Below, piece after piece: positions 10,501 through 18,024 of a DNA stretch of 64,000 nucleotides; position 1 is the stretch's first letter, and each line of letters starts with the position of its first letter. A program made the translations under genes and the position numbers. The notes under the pieces were generated by a model that had not been told where the DNA came from, made no database searches, and saw only the letters and a list, made by a program, of their open reading frames with translations. Source of the stretch: an uncultured Chitinophaga sp. (GTDB lineage: Bacteria > Bacteroidota > Bacteroidia > 2-12-FULL-35-15). The DNA lies in the NCBI GenBank assembly GCA_964549315.1, contig CAZJUY010000006.1, positions 45,639 to 109,638 of the forward strand, written 5' to 3'.

Positions 10501-11146
10501 CAGTGGTTGTTGGGCTAGTGTTAGGGGTGATTAAAGTATAATATAATGAGTCTCCATCAATATCAGTAGAACCATTATTAAAACAATAAGGTTGACCTAC
10601 ACAAACAAAAGGGATGGGTGGATTCGAAAATGTAGGGGAGCTATTGCAAGGGAAATTAAGATTATCTAAATGCGCCTCGATATAAATATTTTGACTGCCT
10701 GGAGCTTGAATTGTGCCTATTGCAGCATTTCTACAGCATAGGTTAAAACTCATCACCCAGTCGGTACATTGTGCTGGGAATGTTACAATGCCTCTGTATA
10801 TGTATTCCTGAACACCTGGGTATGTTCCTCCCGAACATTGCGTTGTCATTGTAGCGCATATAGGAGTAACTTCTATACCTGTGTTTGCAATACGATTTAA
10901 TGTTACGTTAAAATTTTGGTTGCACGATGCCGATGAAATATTTATTGAGGCTGTGTTTGGTGCTGCTACACCCGCGCAGTCGCGATAAAAGGAAAGTGAA
11001 ATTTGATACTGATTGCCACCTAGGCATTGGTATGTTAAGTCCGCACTTTGTGCATGCGAAGCATAAGCTTCATTTTGTGATTGAATAAATAATATTAAGA
11101 AACTTATTGCAACGAAAACCTGTTTTATAATAGTAGTTGTTTTCAT
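7583..11146 (-). CDS. SprB-repeat cell-surface adhesin with PKD domains and a type-B T9SS C-terminal domain (gliding-motility-associated CTD)
   Basis: Signal peptide [29 protein letters not shown]. There are at least six SprB-type repeats ('[25 protein letters not shown]', '[25 protein letters not shown]', and others). Two PKD-like modules ('[30 protein letters not shown]', '[30 protein letters not shown]'). C-terminus '[18 protein letters not shown]...NRWGELIF...GVYVY' matches the TIGR04131 type-B CTD. Confidence 0.85.
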   Translation of the reverse strand: [1187 protein letters not shown]

Positions 11147-11362
11147 AATAATCCTCCGTTTCTTTTAAATGGGTAAAACAATAAATTAAGAACTTACCTC
11201 TTTCAACGCCCCAAAAAATAAAGAGTTTCAAAAAAGCTAATAAAAATTCTATTTTGTTAATTAGCTGAAAGTGCCCAAAAATAAAAAGATACAAAAGGTT
11301 GAAACTTAATAAAATTTGTTTCGTACAACTATGCCAGTGGTTAGAATCTTTAAAGAAATAGC

Positions 11363-13453
11363 TCAAATAATTAATCCTATCACAACCACATCATCCACTT
11401 GTTCTAAGTTTCCTTTCCAATTATCAAATGTGTTTGCAATTATTTCTTTTTGAGTATCTATTGGCTTGTTATAATTTTCGGATAGCAATTTTTTGAGCTG
11501 ATTGTATTTGAATTTTTTCCCTTTGTCGCCACCAAATTGGTCAGCATACCCATCACTAAACAAATAAACAGCATCTCCTTTTTGTAGTTGAATTTTATGG
11601 TTGGTGTAATTATCTACAATACCATCTAAATTTATTCCTATTGGAAATTTATCAGCTTTTATCTCAAATATTTTTTGGTTTCTTACATAATATAAAGAAT
11701 TGAATGCACCAGCATATTGCAATTCATTTGTTTTAGTATTTAAAGTGCACAAAGATAAATCCATTCCATCTTTAACTCCTTTACCATCTTCTGATTGGCG
11801 TAATGTTTTTGTAACACCAGCATCTAAATGTTTTAAAATTTCTGCAGGTTCTGTTAAACCAACTTCATTTACTGCTTGAGTTAATAAGTTAAACCCTACC
11901 ACACTCATTAAGGCACCTGGAACTCCATGGCCAGTACAATCAACTGCTGCGAAACAAACAAATTCATTTTTTTGTTCTATCCAATAAAAATCACCGCTAA
12001 CAATATCTTTTGGTCTGTAAAAAATAAAACTATTGGGTAAAAGCGTTTTCCAGTGTTGATTGGGCGGCAAGATAGACTCCTGAATGCGTTTGGCATAATT
12101 AATACTATCTGTAATTTCTTTTTTTTGCTGAGTTATTTCAATATTTTGATGTTCTAATAATTTGTTTGCTTTTTGTTTTAACTGGAATCTGTTTAGTAAA
12201 AACAACGATAGAGTTACGACTAGCAAAATGGATACTATTAAAATAAACATCCACATTTTGTTTTTGTTCAACTGCAATGACTGAATCTCAGATTCCTTTG
12301 TAATTATTTCTAATTCTTTTTGTCGTTTTTCCGATTCATATTTTGTTTGTAATTCATTTAGTTGTTTAGTATTTTCAGAGTTAAAAATCGAGTCTTTTAT
12401 ATTTATCAACTCTTTTTGGCTTTCAAATGCTTTTTGATAATTTCCCATTTTAGCATATGATTCAGAATAGGTTTCATATCCGTATCTTATTAACTCTTTT
12501 GCATTTAACTCTTTAGCAATAGCCATTGCCCTGTCTAAGTATTGAAAACCTTTTTCGTATTTTGATCGATTACAATAATTGCTACCCATACTAAAAAGTG
12601 TTATTGCTAAGTTGTATTTATCTTTTAGCTTTTCTCTAATTTTTAATGATTGTTCAAAATAGAATAAAGCAACTTCATGTTTCCCTTCATCTTCATACAC
12701 ACTTCCAATATTATTTAATGTAAGAGCTGTCCCCGATTCGTCATTTGCTTCTTTTCTTGCGACTAATGCTTTTCTATTGTATTCTAAACTTTTTGCTGTG
12801 TCTCCTTTGACTTTATAGATTAAGGCAATGTTGTGTAGTGAGTTGCCAATTCCTCTTTTGTTATTTATTTCTGTTTTTATTTTTAATGACTTATGTTGAT
12901 ACTCTAATGCTTCATCATATTTGCCAAGAAATTTATAAATTAAAGCAATGTTGTTATAAGTACTTCCAAGCTGCCATTTACTTCCTCCTACTTCTTCAGA
13001 AATTTTTAATGATTGTAAATAATAATCTAAAGCTTTGTTATAATCCGCTTTGTCGTCATACACTAAACCAATATTGTTTAGGGCAACTGCAATTTTATTT
13101 TTATTATTTAGTTGTTTCGCAATTTTTAATGAACGGTTAAAATATTCTAAAGCTTTTTCATAATTGCTGGAATAATAGGAGATAAGTCCGATGTTATTAT
13201 AAGAATTCATTTTCCCTTCATTAAAATCAATTTTTTCAGATAGGGTCAATGCTTCGTTTGCCAGTTTTAAAGCATCTTCTGTGTTGTCTGCAGAGTATTC
13301 GTAAGCAAGCTCATTTGTTATTTTAATTCGTAATGTATCAACAATATTTTTTTGAAGAATATTTTTTAAACTATCGGCAGTATGGTTGCTTTGAGAAACT
13401 GAAAATTTCGCAAACAGGAATAGCAATAGAAAATATGCAATTTTTTGTTTCAT
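11363..13453 (-). CDS. TPR-repeat membrane sensor fused to a PP2C-type (SpoIIE/RsbU-like) serine phosphatase domain
   Basis: Signal peptide, ~9 TPR repeats, a coiled coil 'LNELQTKYESEKRQKELEII', a TM 'MWMFILIVSILLVVTLSLFLL', then 'SINYAKRIQESILPP...SGDFYW'. PP2C motifs present: 'VDCTGHGVPGALMS', 'DGMDLSLC', 'FSDGYADQFGG' and 'EQVDDVVVIGLII'. Confidence 0.85.
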   Translation of the reverse strand: MKQKIAYFLLLFLFAKFSVSQSNHTADSLKNILQKNIVDTLRIKITNELAYEYSADNTEDALKLANEALTLSEKIDFNEGKMNSYNNIGLISYYSSNYEKALEYFNRSLKIAKQLNNKNKIAVALNNIGLVYDDKADYNKALDYYLQSLKISEEVGGSKWQLGSTYNNIALIYKFLGKYDEALEYQHKSLKIKTEINNKRGIGNSLHNIALIYKVKGDTAKSLEYNRKALVARKEANDESGTALTLNNIGSVYEDEGKHEVALFYFEQSLKIREKLKDKYNLAITLFSMGSNYCNRSKYEKGFQYLDRAMAIAKELNAKELIRYGYETYSESYAKMGNYQKAFESQKELINIKDSIFNSENTKQLNELQTKYESEKRQKELEIITKESEIQSLQLNKNKMWMFILIVSILLVVTLSLFLLNRFQLKQKANKLLEHQNIEITQQKKEITDSINYAKRIQESILPPNQHWKTLLPNSFIFYRPKDIVSGDFYWIEQKNEFVCFAAVDCTGHGVPGALMSVVGFNLLTQAVNEVGLTEPAEILKHLDAGVTKTLRQSEDGKGVKDGMDLSLCTLNTKTNELQYAGAFNSLYYVRNQKIFEIKADKFPIGINLDGIVDNYTNHKIQLQKGDAVYLFSDGYADQFGGDKGKKFKYNQLKKLLSENYNKPIDTQKEIIANTFDNWKGNLEQVDDVVVIGLII

Positions 13454-16400
13454 TATATTTTAATTCCGATTACCAATATATCATCAACTTGTTCTAGGTT
13501 CCCTTGCCATTCAGAAATTGTTTTGTCTAGCAGCACCCCTTGTTCTTCCATTTCGGTGTTTTTTTGTAAAGCTATTAAAGTTTGATGAAATCTTTTCACC
13601 ATATATTTTTTACCTTTTTCTCCGCCAAATTGATCAGCGTATCCATCCGTTGTCATATAAATAACATCTCCTTTTTCTAATTCTAAAGTATGATTTGTAA
13701 ACACACGATCTTCATTCATCTGATCTCCACCGATGGGCTGTTTATCAGCTTTAATTTCTTGCAATTTATTTTCTTTAATAAGTATTAAAGAACGATTTGC
13801 TCCTGCATACTGCAATTGTGTTTTGTTGTTATTAAATACACAAATAGAAATATCCATTCCATCACGAGTTTCGCTTTGTTCTAAATCTTGTTTTAAAGAT
13901 TGCCGAACGCGTTCATGAAGTAAGTTTAAAATTTTGGCTGGTGTAACAATATTTTTTTCTATTACAATTTCATTAAGTAAGGTATTTCCAATCATACTCA
14001 TAAATGCACCAGGAACACCATGTCCTGTGCAATCAACGCATGCAATAATGTATTGATTGTTATGTTTTGTAAACCAGTAAAAATCACCACTTACAATATC
14101 TCTTGGTTTAAATAGTACGAATGATTTTGGGAATGTTTTTTTTATTTCGTCCTTTAATGGAAGTATTGCTTCTTGAATGCGTTTTGCATAATTGATACTT
14201 GATTTTATATCATTGTAAGCAACTTCTATAATTGTATTTTTTTCTATTAGTTCTTCTTTTTGCTTTACAACTTCAGATGTTCTTTCTGATACTATTCGTT
14301 CGAGTTTTATTTTTGCTACTTGTAGTCGTCTAACACTTAATTGAACTATTAGAATAATAATAATGATAAGTCCTAAGAAGTAAAATACATAAGCCCAAAT
14401 TGTTCTATATAAAGGAGGCAGTATGGTAAACTTATAATTAGCTATTGTACTTTCATGCTCATATATATTTTTTGCTTTTACTGAAAAGGTGTATTCGCCT
14501 TCATAGAGATTAGTGTATTGTTTTACTCCTGTTGAAGACCAATCCGACCAAGCAGTATCAAAGCCCGAAAGCTTATAACTGTAAAGTAATTTATCTTCTC
14601 TTTCAAAAAATGCAGCAGCGTAATCAAAGGAAATAGAATTGTAATTATAGTTGATAGTTTGTTCAATATTTTTTTTAGTGCTATCACTTACAATGATATT
14701 AAGCAAGGAGTCTTTTCCGATTGTTACTTTTCTAATAATTGTATTATAATTAGGAGAGTAGTTCTTTTTAATGCCTCCGTCATATCTTACAAGCACATCT
14801 GTTAATCCTATCCACAATATTTTATCACTATTTTGATAAAAAGTGTAGCCTTGATTTTCTAGGAATAATAATGCTTTTTGAGTGATTTTTCCTCCTGCTG
14901 ATTTTTTGTTTAATAAATCTAATTTGTTGCCACTATGATTGTATGTTATATCTAAGCCTTTTGAAATGGCAAAACATTTCTGTTTACCCTTGTCTAAGTT
15001 TGGAAGATATTCGTAGGTGTTTGTTGTAGTGAAAAAAAATAATTTATCATTGTTGTTTACAATATTCGTAGCTTGTTTAGGTGCACCCTGCGTACTATCA
15101 TATTGAGATATTTTATAATTTAATTTCGCATCTAATGTTATTTTTAAGATTCCACTATTTCTTGTTGCTGCCCATAGTTCAGAATTTACATTCTTGTTTA
15201 TTTCTATTAAATGTAAGACATCACTTGTGGGAATTTCAATGTATTTAATGATTTTCCATTCATTGTTTTTATCTTTTTCTAAAATTTTTAACCCGTCTTT
15301 TTCTCCAACATACATTCTATTGCTATTAGTAGTTGAATTACACAGAACAGTTGAATAAGCTTTAGTTAGCCTTTTGCTATTATTCCCAACTATTTCAAAT
15401 ACACCGTCACTAGTTGCTGCAAACAGTTGATTTCCATTTGCATTAAAATTCCAAACTTCAAAATAAGTTCCTCCTATTTGTTCAAATTGTAATGGTTTTG
15501 GCTTTCCGCTAATATTATTATCGTTTAAAATAGCTGAACTCATCCCTGAAGTAGTTCCTAAATAAATTTTATTATTAAAAATAATAATCGACTCAATATT
15601 ACCACTAAACCCTGTTTTATTGCTGTAATAATATAATGGAGAATGAATAGATATTTTACCGATACCATTATTTGTACACACCCACAGTTGATCTTCAGAA
15701 TCAAAAAAAATGTTTGCTATAGATTCATCGTTTAAACCATCTGTTTTGTTGATTCGACTAGTAATTTCTAGATTTTTATTTAGAAAAAACAATCCAGAAC
15801 GTGTATTTAAAATAATAGAGGAATCATTAAACCACCTTATTCCCAGAGGGCCTGCATCTAGTATTTCTTTTTGTGAAACAGGGTTTATTTTTTTTGTTTC
15901 ATTTGTTGCAAGATTCATTATAAAGAAACCTTGATCAACAGATAATGCAATGATTTGGTTTGTGTTTTCTTTTGGGTAATTTACCATTCCAACGATAGGC
16001 TCGTTGGCAAACAACTCTCCTCCAGAAATTAATGTTGTTTTTTTTCCATCAAATTGTAGCATGCCAATTTTGCGTTCTCGAAAATAAATTTTGTCCCCTA
16101 TTTTGAATGAGATAGATGCAAAAGAATTTGATGAAGGTGGAATTGTTTTTACAATCCCATTCTCATATACAAATAAGTTTTCACTGGACTGAAATATAAC
16201 TGCATCATTAAGTTCATGAATTTCCCATATATCTGCAAATTTTTTTGCTTCTTGATTTAAGTTTTTTGAGATCGATTGATAGGTCATTTCACCTTTTTCA
16301 TTTGGTTTTAAGTACCCAAATTCTCCAACTGCCCCAACGTAAATAGTTCCTTTTTTATCTTTTATCAAAGAGCGAATAGCAACACCGCTTGTAATAAATA

Positions 16401-16617
16401 TCTTTCGCCAAGATTTCCCGTCATACTCAAGTATATTAGTACTGTTGCCAAAATAAAGAACGCCTCTCTCATCTTGCACACAATTCCAAACTTGCATAAA
16501 ACCATTGTACTCTTTTGGTGAATAGTTGCGTATTGGATAGCCATTGTACTGAGCAAACAGTTTTATGCTATAGCAAAGAATTAATAAGGTGAAAAATATT
16601 TTTTTAAGGTAATACAC
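13453..16617 (-). CDS. Periplasmic beta-propeller (two-component-regulator propeller repeats) plus Y_Y_Y sensor, then a TM helix, fused to a cytoplasmic PP2C/SpoIIE phosphatase
   Basis: Signal peptide. Repeated Reg_prop-like blades ('VWNCVQDERGVLYFGNSTNILEYDGKSWRKI' and others). Y_Y_Y-like segment 'YSYKLSGFDTAWSDWSSTGVKQYTNLYEGEYTFSVKAKN'. TM 'IWAYVFYFLGLIIIIILIV'. Then 'SINYAKRIQEAILP...SGDFYWF', 'VDCTGHGVPGAFMS', 'DGMDISICV', 'TTDGYADQFGG' and 'EQVDDILVIGIKI'. The stop overlaps the start of the downstream paralog (ATGA at 13453). Confidence 0.85.
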   Translation of the reverse strand: MYYLKKIFFTLLILCYSIKLFAQYNGYPIRNYSPKEYNGFMQVWNCVQDERGVLYFGNSTNILEYDGKSWRKIFITSGVAIRSLIKDKKGTIYVGAVGEFGYLKPNEKGEMTYQSISKNLNQEAKKFADIWEIHELNDAVIFQSSENLFVYENGIVKTIPPSSNSFASISFKIGDKIYFRERKIGMLQFDGKKTTLISGGELFANEPIVGMVNYPKENTNQIIALSVDQGFFIMNLATNETKKINPVSQKEILDAGPLGIRWFNDSSIILNTRSGLFFLNKNLEITSRINKTDGLNDESIANIFFDSEDQLWVCTNNGIGKISIHSPLYYYSNKTGFSGNIESIIIFNNKIYLGTTSGMSSAILNDNNISGKPKPLQFEQIGGTYFEVWNFNANGNQLFAATSDGVFEIVGNNSKRLTKAYSTVLCNSTTNSNRMYVGEKDGLKILEKDKNNEWKIIKYIEIPTSDVLHLIEINKNVNSELWAATRNSGILKITLDAKLNYKISQYDSTQGAPKQATNIVNNNDKLFFFTTTNTYEYLPNLDKGKQKCFAISKGLDITYNHSGNKLDLLNKKSAGGKITQKALLFLENQGYTFYQNSDKILWIGLTDVLVRYDGGIKKNYSPNYNTIIRKVTIGKDSLLNIIVSDSTKKNIEQTINYNYNSISFDYAAAFFEREDKLLYSYKLSGFDTAWSDWSSTGVKQYTNLYEGEYTFSVKAKNIYEHESTIANYKFTILPPLYRTIWAYVFYFLGLIIIIILIVQLSVRRLQVAKIKLERIVSERTSEVVKQKEELIEKNTIIEVAYNDIKSSINYAKRIQEAILPLKDEIKKTFPKSFVLFKPRDIVSGDFYWFTKHNNQYIIACVDCTGHGVPGAFMSMIGNTLLNEIVIEKNIVTPAKILNLLHERVRQSLKQDLEQSETRDGMDISICVFNNNKTQLQYAGANRSLILIKENKLQEIKADKQPIGGDQMNEDRVFTNHTLELEKGDVIYMTTDGYADQFGGEKGKKYMVKRFHQTLIALQKNTEMEEQGVLLDKTISEWQGNLEQVDDILVIGIKI

Positions 16618-16634
16618 GTAATAAAAATAAGCTA

Positions 16635-17909
16635 TTATTTCAAACGATTTAAATTTTTTTCAATGTACTTGTCTTTTGGTAGTAAAGACTGTTGTATTCG
16701 TTTAGCGTAATGAATGCTATCTAAAATTTCTTTTTGTTTACCATCAACAATAGCTTTCTGGAATTCAACTTCTCGTTTTTGTTCTAAAATAAGTTCGTTT
16801 GCTTTTTGTTTGTTCTTATAACCAATAAAAATGGTTGCTATTACAATCAATAATAATGCTGATAGTATATATAGATTTTGTGTTTTAGCAGTTTGTTGTT
16901 CAAGTTTAACCTCTTTTATTTCGTTTTCTTTATTTAGGTTTTCGATTTGCAGTTGTTTTTTTTCATTTTGATATTTAGCTTCCATTTCATTTATAAGCCT
17001 TGCGTTTTCTGTGTTGTAAATTGTGTCTTTTAGGTTTGAGTATTCTGCAAAGTATTCATAAGCTTTTATGTAATTGTTTTGTTTTATATAAATATCAGAA
17101 GCCATTCTGTAGGAGTGTTTCAATAAATCCACATAGTTTATTTCTTTGGAAAGTTCTATGCATTTATTAAAATTCGTAAGGGCATTATCATATTGTTTCA
17201 TTTGTAAATACACTTCGCCAATATTTGTGTAGTTAATTGCAACTGATTTTTTGTCATCTAGCTCTAGTCGCAATTTCAATCCCTTATTTAAATAAGAGAT
17301 GGCCTCATTATACTTGCTTTGTGATGCATAAACTTCTGCTAAATAATTTAAACAGTAAGATTCTCCTAATTTATTATGTGATGATTGGTAAATTTTTAGC
17401 CCTTTCGTAAAACAGTCTATAGCTAAAAATGTATCATTGTTAAGTTGATGAATAAGTCCTATATCGCCCAATGAAGAAGCCATTGCGGAGCTATCATTCA
17501 TTGATTTTGCTAGGTTATATCCGGCAGTAAATTGCTCCAAAGACGCTTTTAAATTATTTTGTTTTTTATAATATGTTCCATAATAGTTATACATGGAAAT
17601 TAAAACATCGTTATATTTTTCTTGCTCAGCTATTTTCACAGCTTTTTGATAATACTCTAATGCTTTTGGGTAATTTCCTTTGTAATAATTCGCAATGCCT
17701 TTGTTTTTATAGCCTTCTGCAAGAGCGTGTTTGTTGTGGTTGGACTCAGCATATTTTATTAATTGTTCAGCAAAATAAATACTGCTATCTAAATTTGTGT
17801 TGGTAGTTCGGTTAAAATTATTTAATAAGACAGATAGTGTATCTGCTTTAGTTTTGTTAGTAAGTATTACTAGGAATATAGTTATATATATTTTAAATAG
17901 TTCTTTCAT
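16635..17909 (-). CDS. TPR-repeat membrane protein, second short paralog ending at the 'YAKRIQ.SL.P...NRLK' motif with no PP2C domain
   Basis: Signal peptide, TPR array, coiled coil 'INEMEAKYQNEKKQLQIENLNKENE' and TM 'LYILSALLLIVIATIFIGY'. The C-terminus 'ILDSIHYAKRIQQSLLPKDKYIEKNLNRLK*' ends 18 bp before the start of the next gene (16617). Confidence 0.75.
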   Translation of the reverse strand: MKELFKIYITIFLVILTNKTKADTLSVLLNNFNRTTNTNLDSSIYFAEQLIKYAESNHNKHALAEGYKNKGIANYYKGNYPKALEYYQKAVKIAEQEKYNDVLISMYNYYGTYYKKQNNLKASLEQFTAGYNLAKSMNDSSAMASSLGDIGLIHQLNNDTFLAIDCFTKGLKIYQSSHNKLGESYCLNYLAEVYASQSKYNEAISYLNKGLKLRLELDDKKSVAINYTNIGEVYLQMKQYDNALTNFNKCIELSKEINYVDLLKHSYRMASDIYIKQNNYIKAYEYFAEYSNLKDTIYNTENARLINEMEAKYQNEKKQLQIENLNKENEIKEVKLEQQTAKTQNLYILSALLLIVIATIFIGYKNKQKANELILEQKREVEFQKAIVDGKQKEILDSIHYAKRIQQSLLPKDKYIEKNLNRLK

Positions 17910-18024
17910 AAATTATTCAATAAATATAACTGATTTAAGCATAAATTAAGTTTTTGTAATAATATTTTTTTAGATTTAATTTATTCCTAAATTAGCATAG
18001 GAATAAAGTTACCTCTTAAGAATT

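Noticed and set aside
11070-11366. 98-aa ORF between the SprB-like gene and the TPR-PP2C gene
   Set aside because: It overlaps the 5' end of 7583..11146 in another frame and reads through an AT-rich intergenic region. It has low-complexity composition and no supporting signals.
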